This document shows, piece by piece, positions 1 to 12,756 of a DNA stretch of 64,000 bases. The stretch is from positions 314,092,001-314,156,000 of the forward strand of contig NW_027362761.1 of the NCBI RefSeq assembly GCF_046119375.1. Direction: 5' to 3'. Made by a program: the position numbers and the translations under genes. The notes beneath the pieces are model-generated. The model made no database searches and was not told the DNA's origin. It saw only the letters and a list, made by a program, of their open reading frames with translations. Position 1 is the first letter of the stretch. Each line of letters opens with the position of its first letter. The DNA is from Phyllobates terribilis. Its lineage: Eukaryota.

Positions 1-622
1 GAGGCTCCTCTGTCCTCCACTCATTACCTGTAATAGGGGCACCTGTTTGAACTTGTTATCAGTATAAAAGACACCTGTCCGCAACCTCAAACAGTCACAC
101 TCCAAACTCCACTATGGGGAAGACCAAAGAGCTGTCGAGAGATACCAGAAACAAAATTGTAGCCCTCCACCAGGCTGGGAAGACTGAATCTGCAATAGGC
201 AAGCAGCTTGGTGTGAAGAAATCAACTGTGGGAGCAATAATTAGAAAATGGAAGACATACAAGACCACTGATAATCTCCCTCAATCTGGGGCTCCACACA
301 AGATTGTGGGGTCAAAATGATCTCAAGAACGACCTCATTGAGAGTTACAGGAATCATTTGATTGCAGTGATTGCCTCAAAAGGCTGTTCAACAAAATATT
401 AAGTTAAGAATACCATCATTTCTGTCCAGTCCTATTTCATGAGTTTAATTTTTTTTAAAAATTCTGTGGAAGCAGGGTTGAAAAGCAATGTCTGACTTTC
501 ATTTGTTCATTTTAAAAGATTTTTAATTTATTATTACTTTTGTCAGATTCAAGCTATTTCTGTGACCATTGTGGGTTTTTCTTTCATTAAACGAGGGGTA
601 CCAACAATTTTGACCACGTGTG
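1..622 (+). mobile_element. Tc1-like remnant, internally deleted or chimeric (transposase N-terminus joined to a Tc1 C-terminus and right TIR)
   Basis: ORF 114-320 [23 protein letters not shown] is a Tc1 paired-like HTH start; after ~330 the sequence reads as a transposase C-terminus (LIAVIASKGCSTKY*); ends AATTTTGACCACGTGTG|TA. Confidence 0.8.
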
Positions 623-665
623 TATATATACATATATACATACACACACATACACATTATATATA

Positions 666-1140
666 CAGTACAGACCAAAAGTTTGGACGCACCTTCTCAT
701 TTAAAGATTTTTCTGTATTTTCAAGACTACAAATTCTAACAGTCTATTCAGTAGGACTATCAGCTGTGTATCCACCTGACTTCTGCACAACACAACTGAT
801 TGTCCCAACCCCATTTATAAGGCAAGAAATCCCACTTATTAAACCTGACAGGGCACACCTGTGAAGTGAAAACCATTTCCGGTGACTACCTCTTGAAGCT
901 CATCAAGAGATTGCCAAGAGTGTGCAAAGCAGTCATCAAAGCAAAAGGTGGCTACTTTGAAGAACCTAGAATATAAGACATATTTTCAGTTGTTTCACAC
1001 TTTTTTTGTTAAGTATATAATTCCACATGTGTTAATTCATAGTTTTGATGCCTTCAGTGTGAATGTACAATTTTCATAGTCATGAAAATACAGAAAAATC
1101 TTTAAATGAGAAGGCGTGTCCAAACTTTTGGTCTGTACTG
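666..1140 (-). mobile_element. 475-bp non-autonomous Tc1 deletion derivative (same family as 47233 and 56655 copies)
   Basis: TA|CAGTACAGACCAAAAGTTTGGAC...GTCCAAACTTTTGGTCTGTACTG|TA inverted termini; interior matches the 5' region of the 47233 element in reverse. Confidence 0.9.
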
Positions 1141-1148
1141 TATATATA

Positions 1149-2784
<1,636 letters not shown>

Positions 2785-2834
<50 letters not shown>

Positions 2835-2839
2835 TATAT
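2785..2839. repeat. (TA)n microsatellite
   Basis: Direct sequence. Confidence 0.98.
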
Positions 2840-3640
2840 TGTGACAGTGTCACTGGTTTTATATGTGAGGGGAGGTATGTGTCACTCAGGATGCTCTCCT
2901 GTGTGAACTAAGACCTACTTTATTTTTCTGCCAGCGTGTTATATGTCAGGGTAACTAGATGGTTCCTAGGGCTTCAAGAGTTTAACTTTCACGTGGAGCA
3001 TAGGCCCGGGAAGTTACATGGGAATGCAAATGCCCTCTCTAGGATTCCCTGCCTGGTGTCAGAAGGTGCCCAAACCCCCGGCTTTGGGAAGAGGGGGGGA
3101 ATATGTGACAGTGTCACTGGTTTTATATGTGAGGGGAGGTATGTGTCACTCAGGATGCTGTCATGTGTGAACTAAGACCTACTTTATTTTTCTGCCAGCG
3201 TGTTATATGCTGGTAGATTTACTCTGTTAAAGGGTGAGCGGTTTTATGGGAATGGCAAAGAGGGCGGGACGCCATTCCCCCTACCTCCCCTCAGGGTGTG
3301 GCTGAGCAAGGTGTAAAAGCTCAGTCCTGTTTTTTTTCCTGTGGAGTGTGTTCTGGAAAGGGAAGTCTCCAGACAGTATTGTGGAAGCTGCAGAGCTTTT
3401 CACAAGGACTTTAGCAGTGCAGTTTATGCTACTGAGAGTGGGCGGAACCCGCTCATCTATGGACTGAGTTATACTTTGTTTTGTTTTTTTTCCGTTTAAC
3501 CCAGAGGGGTCATGTTTGTTTTTCCTGCGAAACCTGCATGAGTTTATGGCTGATAATAAACCAGCAGAAAGGAAACCTGGGAACGTGTGTCCTGAGTCTG
3601 CCTCCAGGAGAGCCGAGCGAGTCGTCTTGCCACAGGTGGT

Positions 3641-4325
3641 GTGAGATTGCGTGCAGGATTCCAGGAACACGTGTACCTGCCACAAAGACCGGTGGATGTC
3701 CTGGGTGAAGGCTGCCAGCCAGCCAGAGAGTCCAGCAGCATGGAGGAGCTCGTTAAGCACCTGGTCCAGGCCCAGCAGAGCATGCAGCAGCAACACCTAC
3801 AGGCCCAGCAGAGTATGCAGCAGGCCCAGCAGAGTATGCAGCAGGCCCAGCAGAGCATGCAGCAGCAGCACCAGGAGACGACCAAACTGTTGCTTCAGCA
3901 GATCCAGTTGCAGCAAAAGTCGCAACAGCAGCACCAGCAGGAGACGCAACAGCAGATACAGCTTTTGGCGGACGCCATCCAGAGCAGGGCGGCCGCCCCA
4001 CCCTCAGGGACGACTGATGATTCTTACGTCAATAAGGCGGTAAGGCGGGCCATGCAGAAGATGACCCCTGGGGATGATGTAGAAGCATTTCTGACTGTTT
4101 TTGAGAGGGTGGCTGATCGGGAGAGACTTCCACCAGCACAGTGGGCAGAGGTTCTGGCGCCATATTTATCGGGTGAACCCCAGAAGGCGTATTTTGACTT
4201 GGCGCTGCAAGATGCTAAGGAGTATCCCAAACTAAAGACAGAGATCTTAGCACGTCTGGGAGTAAATATGGTGGTGAGAGCCCAGCGAGTTCATCACTGG
4301 GCGTATGCTAGTAACAAACCCCCTC
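3641..4325 (+). pseudogene. Gmr1 gag (Q-rich N-terminus, SCAN-like/capsid region), interrupted by a solo LTR; resumes at 5083
   Basis: MEELVKHLVQAQQ...KMTPGDDVEAFLTVFERVA...LAPYLSGEPQKAYF; after the insertion the same frame continues PRSQMFDLLHLVQKWLQPE. Confidence 0.88.
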
Positions 4326-5082
4326 TGTCAGTATTCCGGGTTTTCTAGGTAACCTTGTGAATGATTTTGCCCTTTGTTAAGATGGAGTTTGCTGTTTTTG
4401 TATGCCCTACTTCCTGTTCGTTTGTTTAAAACCCGGCTCAGGTGCTGGCTTCCTTGCTGGAGTATTCTGCTTCTACTTCCCTTCAGTCAAGCTGCCTTGT
4501 CCTACTATTATCTCCCAGATCTCGTGTGTATTTACCAGGTTAATCTTCACGCCAGTGGCTCTGGACATTCTCTGCCTATGTAAGCTACACTCACTGTGTT
4601 ATCATTAACCTGTTGACTTTGGAATTTAACCCTTGCCTCACTCCACCCGGTAAGAACTGTGTTTCTGAACTGTGTTGTTGTTTAACCCTTCGTTCACTCC
4701 CTCCGGTGAGGGCTGCTGGAACTATTTACTGGAATATTACTTAAATGTGAACTTGTTTCTGGACTTCCCTGAATCTACGCCTCATCTAGGATTAACTTGT
4801 GAACTTGTTCTTGGACTTCCCTGTGGCCACGTCACCAGTCTTTCCTTTTGATCACATTTGTGTGAGGACTCCGTCGTAAGAACATTGCAGACTTGCTATA
4901 TAGGTTCCAAAGACTTAATATCGCTGGACTTATTTCATTGTATGTCACTACGGGTTATCTGTATATTGTTTTTGGGTGTTATTGCTGTTGCACAAATACA
5001 TTATTTGCATTAAAGAAACCCGTCTCTGCTTGTTCATTGCCCCACGCTATCAGAATCCTTGAGTTCCTACAATAGTATTACA
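4326..5082. mobile_element. 757-bp solo LTR inserted in gag
   Basis: TGTCAG...ATTACA termini flanked by 5-bp TSD CCCTC (4321-4325, 5083-5087). Confidence 0.88.
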
Positions 5083-5177
5083 CCCTCGTTCGCAGATGTT
5101 TGACCTCCTGCATCTTGTTCAGAAGTGGCTACAACCGGAGTCCTCCACTACGGCCCAGATGGTTGAGCGGGTGGTGA

Positions 5178-8100
5178 TTGACTGACAGGTTCATGCATTC
5201 CCTTCCCAAGCCAGTACAGACCTGGGTTGCCCAGGGTGATCCCCAGAACGCAGATGACTTCATCGGCCTGGTAGAGAGGTACCAGGTAGTCGAGAGATCT
5301 CTTGGGAAACCGGATGCAGTCACTTCTCCCTACTGGGATACCCAAAAGGGGGCGGGTTCACCATGGAAGGGGTCTAGAGCCACCACTGAGGGACGTCCCA
5401 CTCCTACTGAAGGTGCCTTTAGAACAGTTGGTAAAGATATAGTTTGCTGGCAGTGTCACAACCCTGGACATGTAGCCGCCAGGTGTCAAATATCCCCTGA
5501 GCCCATGGACTGCAGCCTAGGCAGACGGGTCTCCTATTATGCCTATCCAGCCTGTAGCATGGACTGTCGACCCGGTGAGGGGCCGCAGGCGTGTGCAGTG
5601 TCCATTAATGGAATAAAAGTGCTTGGGCTGTTGGACTCCGGGAGTCTGGTGACCTTGATCAGAGCATCCCTTCCCCACCAGTTGATCCCTTCCAAAACCC
5701 TGGGCATTCGGTGCATCCATGGTGATGCCAAGGACTATCCCGTGGCCATAGTAACAGTGGGGACAGACTGTGGTGCCCAGTCCCATGAAGTCGGGGTAGT
5801 AAAGGACCTGATACATCCCGTCATATTGGGCCGTGATTGTTCCTTATTCTGGGACTTGTGGGGGAAGGGAACTGGACTAAGTAGCATGGGGAAAAGCCAA
5901 GTCCTTGAAGAAGAACCCCCGATGAAGTCTCAGATGGAGGAGTTCCCACTGTGCGTCCTTGTCGGTGATGAGGGTGAGACGGTGACCGAGGAGGCCGACC
6001 TCCCTGTGTTAGATATGTCCAGAGAGAACTTTGGGACTGCTCAAGTTCGAGACCTGACCTTAAAAGGGGCGTTCGACCAGGTTACTGTATGTAATGGGGT
6101 TGCCCAAGAGCCGGGGGCCGACACCAGATTCCCCCACTTTGCAGTGCAGGGGGAGTTGCTATATCGGGTGGCCAAACTGAGGGGCGGTGAGATAGTGGAA
6201 CAGCTGTTAGTGCCGGGGCCATACCGACGGCGGGTGCTAGATATGGCCCATTCACATGTTCTGGGGGGACACCTAGGGGTCGAGAACACTCAGGAGAGGA
6301 TATTGAGAAGGTTTTATTGGCCAGGGTGTTATCGAGAAGTTCAAAGCTATTGTAGGTTCTGCCCCACCTGCCAAATAACCGCTCCCTCCTCACACTTCCG
6401 TAGCCCCTTAGTCCCACTACCTGTGATAGAGGTTCCCTTTGAGAGGATTGCCATGGACCTCGTGGGCCCCTTAGTTAAATCAGCTCGGGGCCACCAATAT
6501 ATCCTGGTCGTCATGGACTATGCGACTCGGTATCCGGAAGCGGTTCCCCTAAGGAACATGTCCAGTAAAAGTATAGCCCGAGAGCTGGTCCATATTTTTG
6601 CTCGGACAGGTCTACCAAAAGAGATTCTGACAGACCAAGGAACCCCCTTCATGAGCAAGGTGATGAAGGAGCTTTGCAGAGTCCTTCAGATAACTCAGCT
6701 TCGGACCTCGGTTTATCATCCACAGACGGACGGCCTAGTGGAACGCTTCAACAAGACCTTAAAGGCGATGCTCAAGAAGGTCGTTGAAAAGGATGGGCGA
6801 GACTGGGACTACCTGCTCCCATTTCTGCTTTTCTCGGTCAGAGAAGTTCCTCAAGCCTCCACTGGCTTCTCTCCATTTGAGCTCCTATATGGGCGGCATC
6901 CAAGAGGTCTCCTAGACATCGCCAAGGAAACTTGGGAAGCTGAAGTCAAGCCACACCGGAGTATCATCGAACATGTTGCCCAGTTACAGGAGAGAATGTC
7001 AAAGGTGATGCCCATTGTGAGGGAACATCTCCTCCAGGCGCAGGAAGCCCAGGCGAGGGTCTATAACCGGTCGGCGAGACTAAGACAGTTCCAGCCCGGG
7101 GACCGTGTTTTGGTGCTGATCCCTACCGTCGAGAGCAAGTTCCTCGCCAAATGGCAAGGTCCATACGAGGTGGTGGAGAAAGTCAGCGAGGTTAATTATA
7201 AAGTCCACCAGCCTGGCCGAAGAAAGCCGCATCAAATATATCATGTAAATTTGCTCAAGCCGTGGCGGGACCGTGAACCTGTGGAAACTCCTTGCCTGGG
7301 AGCCGCACCAGAAGGCAAGGTGGAGGAGGTCACTATTGCAGAGACTCTATCATCGGCCCAGAAGCAACAGTGTAGAGAATTACTACAGCGGAATCAGGAG
7401 CTGTTCTCAGAGTTGCCGGGGCATACTCAAGTGGTAGAGCATGATGTGCTGACAGAGCCGCACGTACGAGTGAATCTGAAGCCGTATCGGATTCCGGAAG
7501 CACGCCGGGAGGTGATCTTGGCCGAGGTGAAGAGGATGTTAGACCTCGGAGTAATAGAGGAGTCAAAGAGTGGGTGGTCGAGCCCAATCGTCCTCGTGCC
7601 GAAACCCAATGGAGAGTGGAGGTTTTGTAATGACTACCGCCGGCTGAATGAGGTATCCAAGTGTGACGCGTACCCGATGCCCCGCGTCGACGAACTCATC
7701 GAGAGGCTTGGACCGGCGAGGTACATCACCACTCTTGACCTGACGAAGGGCTACTGGCAGATCCCCATGTCCCAGATGGCTAGGGAGAAGACGGCTTTCT
7801 CAACACCTGATGGGTGTTTTCAATACACGCGGATGCCGTTCGGACTACAGGGGGCCCCAGCCACTTTCCAGAGGGCTATGGATCGGATCCTAGCCCCACA
7901 TAAGAAGTATGCCGCAGCCTACCTCGACGACATTGTGGTCTTTAGCCCAGACTGGGCTAGTCACCTACCTAAACTACAGGCCGTTCTGGACGCGCTAAGG
8001 AAGGCAGGATTTACCGTAAATCCCAAAAAGTGTGCCATCGGGAAGGAGGAGGCCAAGTACCTGGGTTATGTTGTTGGGAGAGACGAAATAAAGCCGCAAA

Positions 8101-8648
8101 TCAAGAAAGTGGAGGCAATTCAAACCTGGCCGCAACCACTCTCGAAGAAGCAGGTGAGAGCATTCCTAGGAATGGTGGGATACTACCGGCGGTTTATTCC
8201 GAATTTTGCCATGATTGCCGCGCCACTAACGGATCTTCTAAAAGGCACCAAATCAACCATGGTGAAATGGACGGAAGAAACGGAGACCGCGTTTCAACAG
8301 TTGAAGCTAACACTGTGCAAGCAGCCGGTCCTGGTAGCGCCAGACTTCAAGAAAGAATTTGTGGTCCAGACGGACGCTTCAGAGGTTGGTCTAGGGGCTG
8401 TACTCTCCCAAGAGATAAATGGGGAAGAACATCCCATTCTCTATCTAAGCCGAAAGCTGTCCTCATGCGAGAAGAACTACGCCATAGTAGAGAAAGAGTG
8501 TTTAGCCATAAAATGGGTCGTGGATACACTGAAATATTACCTACTAGGCCGGAAGTTTAGATTAGTATCAGACCATGCCCCGTTGAGATGGTTGAGGGCG
8601 AAGAGGGGTAAAAATGCCAGGGTAACTAGATGGTTCCTAGGGCTTTAA
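5178..8648 (+). CDS. Gmr1 gag C-terminus/pol: CCHC knuckle, aspartic protease, integrase, RT, RNase H (1156 aa open; premature TAA just before the natural end)
   Basis: CWQCHNPGHVAARC; LLDSGS; HSHVLGGH..C..C zinc domain; IAMDLVGP/TDQGT/GLVERFN DDE core; RT AYLDDIVVF; QTDASEVGLGAVL RNase H. Confidence 0.97.
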   Translation: MTDRFMHSLPKPVQTWVAQGDPQNADDFIGLVERYQVVERSLGKPDAVTSPYWDTQKGAGSPWKGSRATTEGRPTPTEGAFRTVGKDIVCWQCHNPGHVAARCQISPEPMDCSLGRRVSYYAYPACSMDCRPGEGPQACAVSINGIKVLGLLDSGSLVTLIRASLPHQLIPSKTLGIRCIHGDAKDYPVAIVTVGTDCGAQSHEVGVVKDLIHPVILGRDCSLFWDLWGKGTGLSSMGKSQVLEEEPPMKSQMEEFPLCVLVGDEGETVTEEADLPVLDMSRENFGTAQVRDLTLKGAFDQVTVCNGVAQEPGADTRFPHFAVQGELLYRVAKLRGGEIVEQLLVPGPYRRRVLDMAHSHVLGGHLGVENTQERILRRFYWPGCYREVQSYCRFCPTCQITAPSSHFRSPLVPLPVIEVPFERIAMDLVGPLVKSARGHQYILVVMDYATRYPEAVPLRNMSSKSIARELVHIFARTGLPKEILTDQGTPFMSKVMKELCRVLQITQLRTSVYHPQTDGLVERFNKTLKAMLKKVVEKDGRDWDYLLPFLLFSVREVPQASTGFSPFELLYGRHPRGLLDIAKETWEAEVKPHRSIIEHVAQLQERMSKVMPIVREHLLQAQEAQARVYNRSARLRQFQPGDRVLVLIPTVESKFLAKWQGPYEVVEKVSEVNYKVHQPGRRKPHQIYHVNLLKPWRDREPVETPCLGAAPEGKVEEVTIAETLSSAQKQQCRELLQRNQELFSELPGHTQVVEHDVLTEPHVRVNLKPYRIPEARREVILAEVKRMLDLGVIEESKSGWSSPIVLVPKPNGEWRFCNDYRRLNEVSKCDAYPMPRVDELIERLGPARYITTLDLTKGYWQIPMSQMAREKTAFSTPDGCFQYTRMPFGLQGAPATFQRAMDRILAPHKKYAAAYLDDIVVFSPDWASHLPKLQAVLDALRKAGFTVNPKKCAIGKEEAKYLGYVVGRDEIKPQIKKVEAIQTWPQPLSKKQVRAFLGMVGYYRRFIPNFAMIAAPLTDLLKGTKSTMVKWTEETETAFQQLKLTLCKQPVLVAPDFKKEFVVQTDASEVGLGAVLSQEINGEEHPILYLSRKLSSCEKNYAIVEKECLAIKWVVDTLKYYLLGRKFRLVSDHAPLRWLRAKRGKNARVTRWFLGL

Positions 8649-9301
8649 GAGTTTAACTTTCACGTGGAGCATAGGCCCGGGAAGTTACATGGGAATGCAG
8701 ATGCCCTCTCTAGGATTCCCTGTCTGGTGTCAGAAGGTGCCCAAACCCCCGGCTTTGGGAAGAGGGGGGGAATATGTGACAGTGTCACTGGTTTTATATG
8801 TGAGGGGAGGTATGTGTCACTCAGGATGCTGTCATGTGTGAACTAAGACCTACTTTATTTTTCTGCCAGCGGTTATATGCTGGTAGATTTACTCTGTGAG
8901 CGGTTTTATGGGAATGGCAAAGAGGGCGGGACGCCATTCCCCCTACCTCCCCTCAGGGTGTGGCTGAGCAAGGTGTAAAAGCTCAGTCCTGTTTTTTTTC
9001 CTGTGGAGTGTGTTCTGGAAAGGGAAGTCTCCAGACAGTATTGTGGAAGCTGCAGAGCTTTTCACAAGGACTTTAGCAGTGCAGTTTATGCTACCGAGAG
9101 CGGGCGGAACCCGCTCATCTATGGACTGAGTTATACTTTGTTTTGTTTTATTTCCGTTTAACCCACAGGGGTCATGTTTGTTTTTCCTGCGAAACCTGAA
9201 TGAGTTTATGGCTGATAATAAACCAGCAGAAAGGAAACCTGGGAACGTGTGTCCTGAGTCTGCCTCCAGGAGAGCCGAGCGAGTCGTCTTGCCACAATAT
9301 A

Positions 9302-12300
9302 CACTGTGTTCCAAATTATTATGCAAATAATATTTTCTCAGATTTTCCCAAATTACCTATATGAATTGCAGTCATTGTAATTTTCCGGTCAAATAACTAT
9401 TAGAGTACAATTGAAAGTTTTGTACAAACTGCCTATTGTAAGACAGCGCTAGACATCATAATGGGGGATACTCGCTGCACCGGGTAAATCAAAGCATACC
9501 AGCAATGTCCTTCCGGTATTTCTCAATTCAGCAGTTTATTGCACTTCATAAACCACACATGATCGGGTCCAACTCAGTGGCCCGCCGACACACATATATA
9601 ACGTTTATAAGCCAAGTGGCAGACCGGCCCACTTGGCCCAGGTTACAGCCTTCAGCAAGGTAATACTTTAGCAAATGTCCATACGATTGTCCATTTAACA
9701 CAGTGTATTACCTTTGCCGGGTTCAGTTGCTGCAGTCCATTTAATCCGCCACCACTTGTGGCTTTAAGGCTTTCCTAGGTGGGGGTCTCCAGCCGTCGTC
9801 CCGTCTAAGGCCACTGGGATGTTTCACTCACACACATCCAGTCTGCGCCTTTCCGGACTCTTCACCAAGCCTCTGCCTTCCAAGGCCACTAGCATCCACA
9901 CAGGATCCAGTCTCGACCTTTCAGGTACCAGGCTTCACTCCAAAGCCGCTGCCTTCCAAGGCCACTAGCATCCACACAGGATCCAGTCTCGACCTTTCAG
10001 GTACCAGGCTTCACTCCAAAGCCGCTGCCTTCCAAGGCCACTAGCATCCACACAGGATCCAGTCTCGACCTTTCAGGCTGCCAGGCTTCACTGTATTACG
10101 GTGTCCCACACACACGGGGAACAGGCCTCACGCCCAACACACCGAACACCTGTCTCCCATCAAGCAGGGTTTATATATGCATCCCGTGCGCACACACACA
10201 CATACTGACAGGACCTTGCTGATGTCACAGTCATGTGATCAGACAGACATTCTGTGCGCGCAGGACCTGTGCTATGTCACAGTCATGTGACCAGTCACCT
10301 GAGGGGGAAGGTACATGGTCAGGTAAAACACATCCTGGACCATTACCGTAATGCCAGCAAGTCGCTGCATTACATATCCCCCCCCCTCTGTTCAAACTTG
10401 TGGGGTTGAACACATAATATACACAATCACTATAACCCCCAGCTCTGTTCAAACTTGTGGGGTTGAACACATAATATACACAATGACATTATAACCCCCA
10501 GTTCACATAGAGACCATGTACTTTACAATTGTGCTACTCAGCCCCTGGAACATTAGTCAACGACATTAGCCCATTCCTTAGGGACCTACCATTTGTCACT
10601 GTCACTGACTTCGTCAGGTCACCTTTCCGGGTCGTAACCTTGTCAGAGCTCCCCCGCTCCCAGCGGTCAGTTGTAACCTTGTCAGGTCTCCCCCGCTCCC
10701 AGCGGTCAGTCGTAACCTTGTCAGGTCTCCCCCGCTCCCAGCGGTCAATCGAAACCCTGTCAGGTCTCCCCCGCTCCCAGCGGTCAATCGAAACCCTGTC
10801 AGGTCTCCAGCCGTCGTCCCATCTAAGGCCACTGGGATGTTTCACTCACACACATCCAGTCTGCGCCTTTCCGGACTCTTCACCAAGCCTCTGCCTTCCA
10901 AGGCCACTAGCATCCACACAGGATCCAGTCTCGACCTTTCAGGTACCAGGCTTCACTCCAAAGCCGCTGCCTTCCAAGGCCACTAGCATCCACACAGGAT
11001 CCAGTCTCGACCTTTCAGGCTGCCAGGCTTCACTGTATCACGGTGTCCCACACACACGAGGAACAGGCCTCACGCCCAACACACCGAACACCTGTCTCCC
11101 ATCAAGCAGGGTTTATATATGCATCCTGTGCACACACACACACACATACTGACAGGACCTTGCTGATGTCACAGTCATTTGATCAGACAGACATTCTGTG
11201 CGCGCAGGACCTGTGCTATGTCACAGTCATGTGACCAGTCACCTGAGGGGGAAGGTACATGGTCAGGTAAAACACATCCTGGACCATTACCGGAATGCCA
11301 GCAAGTCGCTGCATTACACTATGATAACAGTATATTTTTAAAAAAAATAAAAAACTCAAACTGCACTCAAAATGCATGTTCCAAATTATTATGCACAGCA
11401 GAGTTTTCAACCTTTTCATTTTAATAAAGAACAAAAAAATGGTCATTTTTGAAATTATAAGCATTAGCAGGTTATTACAAACTGAAATCAAACAGTTTTC
11501 AACTCAAAACTTTATTCTAGGTGATTTTACATTTGCACATAGGACCCCTTGTTCGAAAGGAGCTTCTGAACTCTCTCGTCCATTGAATTTGTCAGGTTTT
11601 GGATGGTTTCTGCTTTAATTGTTTTGCATGAGGACAGAATACCCTCCCAGAGCTGTTGCTTAGATGTGAACTGCCTCCTGCCATCATAGACACTCCTTTT
11701 GATGATGCTCCAGAGGTTCTCAATGGGGTTGAGGTCAGGGGAGCATGGGTGCCACACCATAAGTTTGTCCCCTTTTATGCCTATAGCAGCTAGAGATGCA
11801 GATGTGTTATGTGCAGCATGAGACGGGGCATTATCATGCATGAAATGATCTCGATGGTCCAGATGGATGGAGTGGAGGATGGCTGGTTGATGGACACCCC
11901 ATGCAAACACGGCTATGGCGCTAACAAGGAGGAGGTGGAGTAATGTTTTGGGCTGGAGTCATGGGGAGAGAGATTGTCGGCCCTTTTAGGATCCCTGAAG
12001 GGTTAAAGATGAACTCCATAATGTATGTTGAGTTTCTCAAACAGCACTCCCTTCCATGATTCAAGAAGAAGAACTGTGCATTCCGCAGCAAGATCATTTT
12101 CATGCATGATAATGCCCCGTCTCATGCTGCACATAACACATCTGCATCTCTGGCTGCTATGGGCATAAAAGGGGACAAACTTATGGTGTGGCACCCATGC
12201 TCCCCTGACCTCAACCCCATTGAGAACCTCTGGAGCATCATCAAAAGGAGTGTCTATGATGGCGGGAGGCAGTTCACATCTAAGCAACAGCTCTGGGAGG

Positions 12301-12756
12301 GTATTCTGTCCTCATGCAAAACAATTGAAGCAGAAACCATCCAAAACTTGACAAATTCAATGGACGAGAGAGTTCAGAAGCTCCTTTCGAACAAGCGGTC
12401 CTATGTGCAAATGTAACATCACCTAGAATAAAGTTTGGAGTTGAAAACTGTTTGATTTCAGTTTGTAATAACCTGCTAATGCTTATAATTTCAAAAATGA
12501 CCATTTTTTTGTTCTTTATTAAAATGAAAAGGTTGAAAACTCTGCTGTGCATAATAATTTGGAACATGCATTTTGAGTGCAGTTTGAGTGTTTTATTTTT
12601 TAAAAAATATACTGTTATCATAGGCAGTTTGTACAAAAACCTTTCAATTGTACTCTAATAGTTATTTGACTGGAAAATTACAATGACTGCAATTCATATA
12701 GGTAATTTGGGAAAATCTGAGAAAATATTATTTGCATAATAATTTGGAACACAGTG
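9302..12756. mobile_element. Tc1-like element with two right ends (~665-bp inverted duplication), interrupted by an LTR element
   Basis: TA|CACTGTGTTCCAAATTATTATGC...GCATAATAATTTGGAACACAGTG|TA; near-identical transposase C-terminus (MHDNAPSHAA...SPDLNPIENLW...YVQM*) on - at 11527-11845 and on + at 12102-12416. Confidence 0.92.
9437..11318 (-). mobile_element. Internally deleted Gypsy-type LTR element (3' LTR 9437-10374, truncated 5' LTR ~10803-11318)
   Basis: TG..CA ends, 4-bp TSD CTAT; minus-strand PPT CAGAGGGGGGGATA abutting 10374; 10803-11318 duplicates ~9785-10374; no gag/pol left. Confidence 0.88.

Larger units (their letters stand above)
2840..9296 (+). mobile_element. Gmr1-like Ty3/Gypsy LTR retrotransposon with an extra upstream partial-LTR + pol-tail module
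   Basis: LTRs TGTGACAG...TTGCCACA at 3104-3634 and 8775-9296; PPT GGGAAGAGGGGGGGAATA before each; partial LTR 2840-2945; ATAT on both outer flanks; integrase lies upstream of RT. Confidence 0.95.

Noticed and set aside
3281-3796. Duplicated antisense ORF (also 8943-9326)
   Set aside because: Simply the two LTR copies read on the minus strand.
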